DNA of 63,574 bases, the filler included, from Octopus bimaculoides (Eukaryota), in the NCBI RefSeq assembly GCF_001194135.2. It is 5 parts of 5 records of this genome, joined end to end, with 100 filler letters (N's around TTAATTAATTAA, not from the genome) between each part and the next. Parts side by side here need not be neighbours in the genome. Positions count along the whole stretch, not along the records: positions 32,658 to 51,246 come from NC_068986.1; 4 more parts are not named here. The stretch is one strand, 5' to 3'. The notes below the pieces were generated by a model, which saw only the letters and a program-made list of their open reading frames with translations, was not told the DNA's origin and did no database searches. Shown in pieces: positions 38,056 to 49,994 of this stretch; position 1 is the first letter of the stretch; each line of letters opens with the position of its first letter. The translations under genes and the position numbers were made by a program.

Positions 38056-38564
38056 TTTCTAGTAGAAGTTGTTGTTATCGTTACTGTTGTTATAGAAAAA
38101 ATAAAATATTCTCACGGAGAAAAAAGAAAATGTCTGTTTTGTGGAAGATAAAGACAATTGAATCTTCATGTATCCGTACTTGAAGATAACAAGTCATTTT
38201 TTAAGTGGGTCTTTTTGCCGCCTCTCTCTTCTATTTTGTAAACAACACTCCCGTCTTTGACGTTCGTACAACTACAGGTATAAACGACAACCGATATAGG
38301 ACAATGTCGAAAGATGTTCATCTGTTTGATCCCCGCTTCCGACATGATCACGGTGAATTGTAACTAAAACACACACTCAAGGATCTCTTTAAATGTCCGA
38401 GGTAACAATCCTGTGGAGTGAATGATCGACATGAGGCAAAATAGCATCACCTTTGACAATACTATATATTTCTTTTGACAAAACACACACACACACGCTC
38501 ACACAACGCATATACACATGAAGATGAAGTGAAAGGAAGCTAAAGGCAAGTAACTTCATGTGGC

Positions 38565-38920
38565 CAGTAGTAGACTGGGGCCATGCTGGGGTACCGCCTT
38601 AGAATTTTAGCCTGAAATTTATTCTGTCGGTCCCTTTTGCCGATCCGCTACATTTCGTGGACGTAAGCAAACCAACACCGGTTGTCACGCAATGGCGGGG
38701 GACAAACACAGACGCAAAGACATGCACGTGGGCAGGCGCGCGCGCGAACACACACACACACATATACGAAGGGCTTCTTTCAGTTTCCGTCTACCAAATC
38801 CACTCACAAAGCTTTGGTCGGCCCGAGGCTATAGTACGAGACACTTGACCAAGGTGCCAGGCAGTGGGACTGAACCCGGAACCGTCTGGTTAAGAAGCAA
38901 ACTTCTTACCACACAGCCAC
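38565..38920 (-). mobile_element. SINE family A
   Basis: Family A head and body on minus strand. Confidence 0.75.
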
Positions 38921-39114
38921 CCTGGTGCCCATGAACAACAAAGGTGAATGAAGGCGTTGTAAATAACATGCGAAATAAATATTTAATTTCTTGAAAATAT
39001 TTCCGCCATTTCCAAACGAAAAGATTCAGAAATTCTCCAATTGACAACATACCACTGAGAAAAAGATAAACACGTGCGCGCGCACACTTACAGACACACA
39101 CATGCATAAATTAG

Positions 39115-39423
39115 GGATCTTTTTTAAAACGGGGGCCACATTTTTCATTAACGAAACACTTCGAAACTTGGAACACTGGTAGAATGTGTCATATAAAACA
39201 TCTTTTTCTCTTAGTCTTCTTAAAAAAAAAAGAAATCCATAAGTTATTCCATGCTAAAGTTGTCGTATTTCTGTAATTTCAACCAATCACTGACGTCCAT
39301 TCAGCCGATATACATTAAGTGCCGACTACATAAACAAACGATTCTGAAACAATTAACCCTAACCCTAACCCTAACCCTAACCCTAACCTTAGGGTTAGGG
39401 TTAAAGCAAATTTAAAATGAAAA
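39115..39423 (-). mobile_element. Opposite arm of the GGATCT TIR family with (TAACCC)5/(TTAGGG)2 core
   Basis: Same ~35-bp terminus; 39401-39423 is the reverse complement of 45421-45443. Confidence 0.75.
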
Positions 39424-39884
39424 NNNNNNNNNNNNNNNNNNNNNNNNNNNNNNNNNNNNNNNNNNNNNNNNNNNNNNNNNNNNNNNNNNNNNNNNNNNNN
39501 NNNNNNNNNNNNNNNNNNNNNNNNNNNNNNNNNNNNNNNNNNNNNNNNNNNNNNNNNNNNNNNNNNNNNNNNNNNNNNNNNNNNNNNNNNNNNNNNNNNN
39601 NNNNNNNNNNNNNNNNNNNNNNNNNNNNNNNNNNNNNNNNNNNNNNNNNNNNNNNNNNNNNNNNNNNNNNNNNNNNNNNNNNNNNNNNNNNNNNNNNNNN
39701 NNNNNNNNNNNNNNNNNNNNNNNNNNNNNNNNNNNNNNNNNNNNNNNNNNNNNNNNNNNNNNNNNNNNNNNNNNNNNNNNNNNNNNNNNNNNNNNNNNNN
39801 NNNNNNNNNNNNNNNNNNNNNNNNNNNNNNNNNNNNNNTGGTAAGCGGTAAGTAAATGGAGTTTCTTTCATTTATAATAGAAGT

Positions 39885-40207
39885 GAAGGAGCGTGGCTTA
39901 GTGGTTAGGGCATTCGACTCACGATCGTAAGGTCGTGAGTTCAATCACCGGCGATGCGTTGTGTCCTTGAGAAAGACACTTTATTTCACGTTGCTCCAGT
40001 CCACTCAGCTGGCAAAAATGAGTAGTACCTGTATTTCAAAGGGCCGGCCTTGTCACGCTATGTGTCACGCTGAGTCTGCCTGAGAACTGCGCTAAGGGTA
40101 CACATGTCTGTGGAGTGCTCAGCCACTTGCACGTTAATTTCACGAGCAAGCTGTTCCGTTGATCGTATCAGCTGGGACCCTCGTCGTCGTAACCGACGGA
40201 GTGCTCC
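39885..40207 (+). mobile_element. SINE family B, full length
   Basis: A box TGGCTTAGTGG, B box GTTCAATC, body GTGTCCTTGAG.AAGACACTTTATTTCACGTTGCTCCAGT. Confidence 0.85.
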
Positions 40208-40244
40208 TCATGTATGTGTGTGTGTGCATATGTGTATGCATGCA

Positions 40245-40283
<39 letters not shown>

Positions 40284-40489
40284 ACAGATATCTCAATAGT
40301 AAATAGACACTAGCATTCTTTTTGAAAGATTTATTCCTAGAACCAAAATAATACCATTTGATACATTTAAATAATTTTTAATTATGAATTAAATAAAGGA
40401 AAAAGTTCGTTATATAATGTATTAGACATTCGGCGCAATTTTATCTCACCTTGCTCAAACCAAGAAAGTTATATAAAAAGAAAGTTCGT

Positions 40490-40656
40490 TTCTACTCTAG
40501 AAACAAGGCCCGAAATTTGGGGGAGAGGACCAGTCGATTAGATCGACCCAGTACGCAACTGATACTTAATTTATCAACCCCAAAAGGATGAAAGGCAAAT
40601 CCGACCTTGGCGGAAATTGGACTCAGAACATAAAGACGGACGAAATACCGCTAAGC
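40490..40656 (-). mobile_element. SINE family C
   Basis: Family C motifs. Confidence 0.75.
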
Positions 40657-41443
40657 NNNNNNNNNNNNNNNNNNNNNNNNNNNNNNNNNNNNNNNNNNNN
40701 NNNNNNNNNNNNNNNNNNNNNNNNNNNNNNNNNNNNNNNNNNNNNNNNNNNNNNNNNNNNNNNNNNNNNNNNNNNNNNNNNNNNNNNNNNNNNNNNNNNN
40801 NNNNNNNNNNNNNNNNNNNNNNNNNNNNNNNNNNNNNNNNNNNNNNNNNNNNNNNNNNNNNNNNNNNNNNNNNNNNNNNNNNNNNNNNNNNNNNNNNNNN
40901 NNNNNNNNNNNNNNNNNNNNNNNNNNNNNNNNNNNNNNNNNNNNNNNNNNNNNNNNNNNNNNNNNNNNNNNNNNNNNNNNNNNNNNNNNNNNNNNNNNNN
41001 NNNNNNNNNNNNNNNNNNNNNNNNNNNNNNNNNNNNNNNNNNNNNNNNNNNNNNNNNNNNNNNNNNNNNNNNNNNNNNNNNNNNNNNNNNNNNNNNNNNN
41101 NNNNNNNNNNNNNNNNNNNNNNNNNNNNNNNNNNNNNNNNNNNNNNNNNNNNNNNNNNNNNNNNNNNNNNNNNNNNNNNNNNNNNNNNNNNNNNNNNNNN
41201 NNNNNNNNNNNNNNNNNNNNNNNNNNNNNNNNNNNNNNNNNNNNNNNNNNNNNNNNNNNNNNNNNNNNNNNNNNNNNNNNNNNNNNNNNNNNNNNNNNNN
41301 NNNNNNNNNNNNNNNNNNNNNNNNNNNNNNNNNNNNNNNNNNNNNNNNNNNNNNNNNNNNNNNNNNNNNNNNNNNNNNNNNNNNNNNNNNNNNNNNNNNN
41401 NNNNNNNNNNNNNNNNNNNNNNNNNNNNNNNNNNNNNNNNNNN

Positions 41444-41496
<53 letters not shown>

Positions 41497-41959
41497 CGTG
41501 TGTGTATGTGTGTATGTTTGTCCCCCCCCCCCATGGACCATTGCTTGACAACAGATGTTGCTGTGTTTACGTCCCCGTAAGTGCAGGCCTGGGTGAAGTC
41601 TGTCTTTTGGGGGTTTTTGTCTTTGTGTTATTTTGGAGGACGACTGTCGGTTACCCATGCATGCAAATCTCTCTTTTCCTCACCATTGATATTTATCCAA
41701 TGAAAAGGCGACCAACTTGAACTGATAGAGCAAGCACCAATGTCTTCGTAAACGTTGCTATCAGAACAGAACGCATAGAGCTGGAATAGATACTGTATGA
41801 TATCTTGCTCCACCCTCTAATAACTCCGCAAAAACCGCCACCCCAAATTGATACACTTTTAACGATTCTGTTTGAACTCAAAATGTAAAGAACCAGAAGG
41901 AATACCGCTCAGCATCTTCTCTTTCCGACGCTCTAACTATTCTGCTCGCTCACTGTTAT

Positions 41960-42290
41960 AGAGTAATAAGGAGAACTCCATCGGTTACGACGACGAGGGT
42001 CTCACCTGATACGCTCAACAGCTTGCTCGAGAAATTAGCGTGCAAGTGACTGAGCACTCCACAGACACATTTACCCTTAACGTAGTTCTCAGGGAGATTC
42101 AGCGTGACACAGAGTGTGACAAGGCTGGCTCTTTGAAATACAGGTACTACTCATTTTTGCCAGCTGAGTGGACTGGAGCAACGTGAAATAAAGTGTTTTG
42201 CTCATGGACACAACGCGTCGCCGGGAATTGAACTCACGACCTTACGATTGTGAGCTGAATGCCCTGACCACTAAGCCACGCGCTTTCACC
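41960..42290 (-). mobile_element. SINE family B
   Basis: Reverse complement of 39885-40207. Confidence 0.85.
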
Positions 42291-42631
42291 ATATATAGAG
42301 TAATATTAACAACAACACCAGTTTCTTGGACCAGCCACGAAGTCTATATTTGGAGGATGTGCTTTGGAGATTTTTCAAGGATTTTAGTGATGTAAGCTAA
42401 ATGCTTCCAATAAAGATTTGAAACTGTGTTTTGGTTTCGGTTTATCAGAAGTTGAACACTTAACCTCCAACACTTACCACAAGACTCAGAGTCAAAAATA
42501 GTACTAATAATTAGTGACTCAGACTCAAGATTCACAAAATATATTAGTATAGCAATGCCAATAAAATTAACACGTTAACCGCCACGGCCTGTTACTGAAC
42601 CTTATCGATGACGTCGAGTATTTCTGGCCAT

Positions 42632-43734
42632 CGAAATTTTTCTTTCCCGCGAGAGTTCTGGACCTCAGTAATTGCATACAACCAATCAGAGCTCACCTTG
42701 AAAATCCACATACTGTGTACTACTACAGTACAGCCAGTCAGGCATAGAATTGTATATGTCACTCTGTGAGTACAGCATAGCAGGTCTTACATAAGTACCA
42801 CATTCCCCCCACCACCACCAACACCATCCTCATAGATCAATTGAGCACCATCTCTATATGGTGCTAACATTAGGTACCTATGCTCAAACTGAGATTAGTG
42901 ATACTGCATTACCCATTGATATATGCTAAGAGGGCGCAATACGACACAGCGCCATATTCTCTTTTTCTTTTACTCTCTTTTTCTTTTACTCTCTTTTTCT
43001 TTTACTCTCTTTTACTTGTTTCAGTCATTTGACTGCGGTCATGCTGGAGCACCGCCTTTAGTCGAGCAAATCGACTCCGGGACTTATTCTTTGTAAGCCT
43101 AGTACTTATTCTATCAGTCTCTTTTGCCGAACCGCTAAGTTACGGGGACATAAACACACCAGCATCGGTTGTCAAGCAATACTAGGGGGACAAACACAAA
43201 CATACACACACACATATACATATATATATACGACGGGCTTCTTTCAGTTTCCGTCTACCAAATCCACTCACAAGGCTTTAGTCGGCCCGAGGCTATAGTT
43301 GAAGACACTTGCCCAAGATGCCACGCAGTGGGACTGAACCGGGAACCATGTGGTTGGTAAGCAAGCTACTTACCACACAGCCACCCCTGCGCCTAAGATT
43401 AACACCAACATTTTAAATTAGGAATGTACAAAATCAGTCAAAAAATTAGGAACCTACACTCATTTACATTTTCTAGCTAATTACACAAATTAGCAACACT
43501 TATGGCATCGTCGGTGAGCAGCCCTCCATTCACTTTATACATAAAATTTCACATTTGTCTCCCCTATTAACCCGTTTAGAACAGTTGGATTTTGCTATAA
43601 CGCCCATCTCCCACTGAACTCAACCAGAGTATTTTCGTGACTAGGTGAACATTAGTTTGATAGTTGAGCTCTGTTTAGCTGTATGCAAATGAGCTCATAA
43701 CTAAGGTCCGAAACCCTCGTGGGAAAAAATTTCG
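42632..43734. mobile_element. Old TIR element with about 65-bp diverged inverted arms and a nested SINE
   Basis: 42632-42695 aligns with the reverse complement of 43665-43734; no TSD resolved. Confidence 0.5.
42960..43395 (-). mobile_element. SINE family A, full length with tandem 3' tail repeats
   Basis: Complete head to tail; repeated CTCTTTTTCTTTTACT units. Confidence 0.85.
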
Positions 43735-44128
43735 CTTCCGACCACATAACATATTGTTTAATTGCAAAGAAATGTAATTTTTAAGAATTTTTACAATATT
43801 TCATAATTAAACATTAATATTTAGCACTCATGTTATTTAAATATTCTCGAAGCCATGTCAAAGATACAGACTAAAATATTTTTTCAAATTATGAAAGTAC
43901 ACCACCGGTGGGGAATATGGCAGTTGTGTGAAGTTAGCAATCAAACACTGGTGGTAATTGTGGCAGTTAACGTGTTAGTGTTAACTGTACCGAAAAGGAG
44001 GACAAACATATATACAGTAGTCAGGAAACACATACAGTAGCTAGGAAACATAAATATATACATATACATATAACATATACAGAAGCTAGGAATCAGCAAC
44101 TACAGCATGGATTAGCGATGGCATTTAC

Positions 44129-44195
44129 CTTGAGAATTATCCAACAGCACAACGTGACAAAAGATAAGGCAGAGAGCAACAGGTTGTAAAGCCAT
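44129..44195 (-). CDS. Candidate exon 1 of a secreted-protein gene: signal peptide MALQPVALCLIFCHVVLLDNSQ
   Basis: AATAATGG Kozak context, hydrophobic core, phase-1 donor AAG|GTAAAT, no upstream ATG for 120 nt. Confidence 0.55.
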
Positions 44196-44311
44196 TATTT
44201 GTGGGTCCGATAATGAAGTGAAGAAATCAGCGTTGGGTGATACTCAAGATATGCTTGCCTCAATGAACTCCGCAATAATCGTTACTTCGTCCTTCCGACG
44301 ATCTTCTGTTG

Positions 44312-44343
44312 GACTAATTTCCGCATTTGTGTAAATGTATATA
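44312..44343 (-). promoter_or_regulatory. Possible TATA (TATATA) plus Inr-like TTAGTC
   Basis: TATATA begins 28 nt upstream of the Inr A (44315), 120 nt before the ATG; motif-level only. Confidence 0.25.
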
Positions 44344-44551
44344 TGTTTATGTTTGTAAGTGTAGTCAAGAGCCTCGTTCGTTGGGGAAATACCATACAAA
44401 CATATACACAATATTCTGAGAATCAAATTTACCGGAAAGTGGATAAATTTGATAATAATCTCAAGGATTGTCCAAAATACATTTTATAACGAGGAGTGTC
44501 CAAATTCGCATTTGAATATGTTAGTGTATATGTACGTGTGTAAATGTATAG

Positions 44552-44590
<39 letters not shown>

Positions 44591-45149
44591 TGCGTGCGTG
44601 TGTTTGTGTTTTAGTGATTTTATATTGCACATGTATGTATGTGTGGATCAGGACGTGAGAATTCCGTGCTACACAGGAAAATAAACTCGTACGCCTCCGT
44701 TTTGGCTACTTTTTCATAGCTTTTAATGAAAATAAAGAAATATAAGTTGCTGAGAGGCACCAACAATTCTAGTTTTCTATGCCAACCATTGTACATTCTT
44801 TACTTTATGGTTCTTCAAACAATACTTTGGCAAATACGATGACATGTTTGGTTTGCCGATGATATCCGATAATATCAAAACATTGCAGGAGTTGTTACCC
44901 GTACGTGCCGAAATAATTATATAATTTTAGTCAAAGGCCAAGATATCTTTTTGCATATTGTATTTTTACGTTCTCTCTTTAGTTTAAAAAAAATTTTTTT
45001 TTTAGTTCTTGTTGCATAATAATTTTTTGTCGCCTTTTATAAAATGTTCTCTGTCAACACCAAAATATGTCAGTACCAAAATTTATTGTTTTCCATGTGG
45101 AGAGCGTATAGAATTCGTTGTGTTGATGTGAACCTCTAGGAGGAGTTAT

Positions 45150-45443
45150 GGATCTATTTTAAAACGGGGGCCACATTTTTCATTAATGTTTTACGTAGTG
45201 TTTTTGGTACGGAAAGACTTTCAAACTTCGTATACTTATCTATTTTGTGTTATAGAACAGAAAAATATTTTTGTATTCGAATTTATTTCATGTAAAAAAT
45301 TGTCTTATTTCGATAATTTCAACCAATCACTGACAAGTATTCAGTTGTTTATATTTACTCCTTTGGCTGATTAAGCGATGTAAAGCGTATTTAATCTCCG
45401 TACCTTCGTTTTATTTGCTTTTTTCATTTTAAATTTGCTTTAA
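45150..45443 (+). mobile_element. Left arm of the GGATCT TIR family
   Basis: Copy of 36782-37029, extending to overlap with the 39.1-kb arm. Confidence 0.75.
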
Positions 45444-45852
45444 NNNNNNNNNNNNNNNNNNNNNNNNNNNNNNNNNNNNNNNNNNNNNNNNNNNNNNNNN
45501 NNNNNNNNNNNNNNNNNNNNNNNNNNNNNNNNNNNNNNNNNNNNNNNNNNNNNNNNNNNNNNNNNNNNNNNNNNNNNNNNNNNNNNNNNNNNNNNNNNNN
45601 NNNNNNNNNNNNNNNNNNNNNNNNNNNNNNNNNNNNNNNNNNNNNNNNNNNNNNNNNNNNNNNNNNNNNNNNNNNNNNNNNNNNNNNNNNNNNNNNNNNN
45701 NNNNNNNNNNNNNNNNNNNNNNNNNNNNNNNNNNNNNNNNNNNNNNNNNNNNNNNNNNNNNNNNNNNNNNNNNNNNNNNNNNNNNNNNNNNNNNNNNNNN
45801 NNNNNNNNNNNNNNNNNNNNNNNNNNNNNNNNNNNNNNNNNNNNNNNNNNNN

Positions 45853-46155
45853 TGTGAGTGTTTATTGAGCGAAAACACCTAAAGCTCCATGAGGCTCCGG
45901 CAGGGGATGGTGGCGAACCCTGCTGTACTCTTCCACCACAACTTTCTCTCACTCTTACTTCCTGTTTCTGTTGTGCCTGTAGTTCAAAGGGTCAGCCTTA
46001 TCACACTGTGGCACGCTGAATATCCCCGAGAACTACGTTAAGGGTACACGTGTCTGTGGAGTGCTCAGCCACTTGCACGTTAGTTTCACGAGCAGGCTGT
46101 TCCATTGATCGGATCAACTGGAACCCTCGCCGTCGTAAGCGACGGAGTGCCAACA
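45853..46155 (+). mobile_element. SINE family B variant
   Basis: Shares 3' half with 40030-40207. Confidence 0.8.
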
Positions 46156-46339
46156 ACAACAACTTTATCGTGTGATCTACAACTTCAATGGCGATTAATC
46201 TAGGTAAGTTTTAGTATTTTTTCTCTGCAAAACACACGGCTGCCAACCTTGTGTGATCTACGCGCTTATTTAAATTGTTATATCGTTTATTCTTGGTTTC
46301 ATATTACTATTTACTAAAACATAAATGAAATATAGTTTT

Positions 46340-46678
46340 ATTACCGCCAAGGTACAGTCGTGTTTGTTTGTTCGTGGACAAGATATCCCAAGAACCGCTG
46401 GATGGATTCAGATGAAACTTTCAGGGACATTTGGCCTTGTGACTGGAACAAACTAATTAGATTTTTGCATCGATGCGATGTTGGACAAGGATTCTAGATT
46501 ATTTTACCTGTTTTTTCACTTAGTTTTTGAGAGTAGTCGGGTTCATTTTTAGTATTTTCGTTTGTGAGAGCAGTCGAGTTTATTTCAGATATTCTCATTT
46601 TAAAAATCATCTCTGGTTAATCGTTGAGATGACATTAGTGTTGCCTTGATGGAGGTTTGCGATCTCTGAGTGTCCTTA
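46340..46678 (+). mobile_element. Helentron-associated non-autonomous element (HINE-like)
   Basis: 5' TTACCGCCAAGG, (GTTT)n, GGATGGATT..ATGAAACT, 3' GCCTTGATGGAGGTTTGCGATCTCTGAGTG sub-terminal inverted repeat. Confidence 0.7.
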
Positions 46679-46859
46679 TTATTATTAGAATAGTAAGAAT
46701 TTTGAAAAAATACATTTATAATGCAAAGTATGTGCAAAAGAATTTTATTGTAAAAAATCTTTAGCCAACATCTTAAGGGTTTTTAGAAATTGAAAAGTAA
46801 GCTAAAAAGTAACCTAAAGTAATCGCCCTTTAAGTTGTAGATCACACGCCAAAGTAGCA

Positions 46860-47105
46860 CCCCTATTCTTCTGCCGAACCGCTGAAGCCCGTAGTATATA
46901 TTTATGTATATATTCGTCTGTGGTTTGTGTCAGTGTTTGTCTCCCCACCATCGCTTGACAACCGACGTTGGTGTGTTTACCGACAGAATAAGTACTAGGC
47001 TTACAAAGAATAAGTCCTGGGGTCGATTTATTCGACTAAAAGTGGTGCTCCAGCATGGCCGCAGTCAAATGCCTGAAACAAGTAAAAGAGTAAAAGAGTA
47101 AAAGA
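46860..47105 (+). mobile_element. SINE family A, 3' half
   Basis: AAGTACTAGGCTTACAAAGAATAAGTCCTGGGGTCGAT; (GTAAAAGA)n tail. Confidence 0.8.
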
Positions 47106-47509
47106 AAAAACGAACGAATTTATCTGGCAATGTGATTTGCATGTAGTATGAACACACGTACTATATGAACGTAAATAAACGTACATAAGGGAAGGTTATT
47201 TAAAATTCTTATTTGTAAAACTTTCATTAGATTTAACGTTAAATTTTGAATAAATGAAACGTTGACATTCGGAGTTGTCTCCCTTGCATCGTTTAAGACT
47301 TGTCGTACAGAGTGTTGTCCCTTGAATTATTGTAATATTTGAAAATTGCCTTTTTTCTCTATTTTCTTTTCACAGAAGTCAACGAAGGTATTTCTTGCAC
47401 GCCGAATCGACAAACTAGAAAAATCAATCACATTTCCTTCAAAATAAAGATTCCCCCGCTAAGATAACGAGATACTGAACAATATGAGTACGTTGCGTGT
47501 CAAGGAAGA

Positions 47510-47589
47510 ATGTGTGTGTGTGTATGCGTTTGTGTGTGAGTGTTTGTGTGTATATGTGTATGCGTGCGTATGTGTATGCGTGCGTATGT

Positions 47590-47626
<37 letters not shown>

Positions 47627-47636
47627 NNNNNNNNNN

Positions 47637-47683
<47 letters not shown>

Positions 47684-47830
47684 CGCCCAAAGAATCGTAA
47701 CAATTTCACGCACGTATGTATGTATGTATGTATGTATGTATGTATGTATGTATGTATGTATGTATGTATGTATGGGTGTGTCTGTGTGTATGTATGTATG
47801 TATGTATGTATTTGTGTGTATGCATGTATG
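47510..47830. repeat. (GT)n/(GTAT)n microsatellites
   Basis: Direct reading. Confidence 0.9.
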
Positions 47831-47899
47831 TTTGTATACACGCAAACATACAGAACAGACTCGGTGACACATTTATTGGTCTCCCTCCAACATTTATTT

Positions 47900-48500
47900 A
47901 TTAGACTCCCTTCAACAATTGAGGCTCAGCAGGTCCCAGTTGTGCATTGCAATCAGTCCGATGCTCTGCTCTGTCGTCTCATGTGGGAATACAGACCTAT
48001 CTTGGATTCACAGATCCTATCGCAGACGTTGCAGTTGTGGTCAACGTGATCTGAGGGTAGATGAAACTTGGTTCTACGCTTGGCTATTTCCTTCTTGACG
48101 GTTTTGATCTTGGTTACCCTAAAATTGGAGGTGGCTTGGTAGCACAAGTTCCTCTACTGAGCTTTATTCAGTGCTACCAATTCCCATGTCTTTAGATTTA
48201 CCTTTCAGGTTTTCAAGGTCTTCAGAGTATCCTAATAACAGAGCGGTGGGAGCGGAGCTTGGTTTCTGGCACCAGATTTAAACTGACTATAAAACTGACT
48301 ATATTTGGTTAAATGAATGTCTTCCATGCGTACCACTTGACCGACCCATCTCAATCACACTATAAAGGAACTCTCTATGCCTAGAATGCCACGCAACGTA
48401 CTCATCATTTCTCGAAGCATCTCAGAAGGCATTGCTCACATAGATTCTTTCAAGTGCTAAACTAAATGGTAGAGTTCACACTACCCAACAACACTGAAGA
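47900..48500 (-). mobile_element. RTE LINE 3' fragment
   Basis: LRWVGQVVRMED and C-terminal CNVCDRICESKIGLYSHMR zinc-finger-like motif. Confidence 0.8.
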
Positions 48501-49636
48501 TTTCGTTCGCAGGGAATATTTCCAAGGTAAGATAGTGCTGCAAAAAAGTTCGTATCTAAGCCATATTGACAGAAGCAATCAAATTCAAAGTAAAACCCAT
48601 TTTATTTTGTAGTGGTTCCGTGGTCCTCAGCGGTGAACCATAACACTTATTGTAATTACTCCCCGATATGCTAATGGGCCTTTGAATGAAAGGTGTATTA
48701 GTAAAGTGTACATCACAAACCTGGTAACAGGTAAGAATTATTGGTCTTTCAGTTATACGGTTTACTCCACAAAGCGCTTACACACAATACGAAAACTTTA
48801 TTCCAAAAAGTTCGTGTTATTCTGCTTTTCTAAGAATTTTTAAAAATAGGTAACAACGTTTCAGAAAATGTTTCTTTAAATATTGTCAGTGCATCAAATA
48901 ATTTTTTAAAAATCTTGTGTGTGTGTGTGTGTGTGTGTGNNNNNNNNNNNNNNNNNNNNNNNNNNNNNNNNNNNNNNNNNNNNNNNNNNNNNNNNNNNNN
49001 NNNNNNNNNNNNNNNNNNNNNNNNNNNNNNNNNNNNNNNNNNNNNNNNNNNNNNNNNNNNNNNNNNNNNNNNNNNNNNNNNNNNNNNNNNNNNNNNNNNN
49101 NNNNNNNNNNNNNNNNNNNNNNNNNNNNNNNNNNNNNNNNNNNNNNNNNNNNNNNNNNNNNNNNNNNNNNNNNNNNNNNNNNNNNNNNNNNNNNNNNNNN
49201 NNNNNNNNNNNNNNNNNNNNNNNNNNNNNNNNNNNNNNNNNNNNNNNNNNNNNNNNNNNNNNNNNNNNNNNNNNNNNNNNNNNNNNNNNNNNNNNNNNNN
49301 NNNNNNNNNNNNNNNNNNNNNNNNNNNNNNNNNNNNNNNNNNNNNNNNNNNNNNNNNNNNNNNNNNNNNNNNNNNNNNNNNNNNNNNNNNNNNNNNNNNN
49401 NNNNNNNNNNNNNNNNNNNNNNNNNNNNNNNNNNNNNNNNNNNNNNNNNNNNNNNNNNNNNNNNNNNNNNNNNNNNNNNNNNNNNNNNNNNNNNNNNNNN
49501 NNNNNNNNNNNNNNNNNNNNNNNNNNNNNNNNNNNNNNNNNNNNNNNNNNNNNNNNNNNNNNNNNNNNNNNNNNNNNNNNNNNNNNNNNNNNNNNNNNNN
49601 NNNNNNNNNNTATATATATATATATATACACACACA

Positions 49637-49683
<47 letters not shown>

Positions 49684-49994
49684 TGAACAGATTAGAGATT
49701 TTTTTACGTTAATTTCCCGTCGGTCTGCAAAAAGAATTTAATCTACTCTGCTATGGATTATAAGGAAAATTAAAATAGTTCGTCTTACTGCTGAACCTTC
49801 TTCAAAGTCTTTTACTGGAAACCAATCGAAACTACATAGCGTTTTGTTTGAGAAAACAGGAAATTAATATCATACCATTCCATATTGAATTTGAGTGAGT
49901 TAAGCGAGGAATAAATAGATTTCGACAACCACCTGCTTATACCTGAGTATGTGTTTTCTTAATTTATTTCATTCATATCATTTATCTTTTATTT

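Noticed and set aside
39354-39403. Telomere or chromosome-fusion site
   Set aside because: Only about 8 units, embedded in a multi-copy TIR element.
39885-39960. tRNA-like sequences (also 8100, 32830, 42220, 57440)
   Set aside because: No acceptor-stem closure, and they continue into a shared SINE body.
47376-47387. 12-nt microexon after a long pyrimidine tract, and ATG..CTAG|GTAAGT near 46200
   Set aside because: The former lies in repeat-like sequence with a weak donor; the joined peptide is too short to judge.
48613-48730. Strong plus-strand acceptor/donor pair (118 nt)
   Set aside because: Stops in all three frames; could be a non-coding exon but is not supportable as CDS.
9728-49741. 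Long ORFs containing X runs (e.g. 9728-10840, 14523-15473, 16370-17811, 40574-41658, 48830-49741)
   Set aside because: They are open only because N gaps contain no stops.
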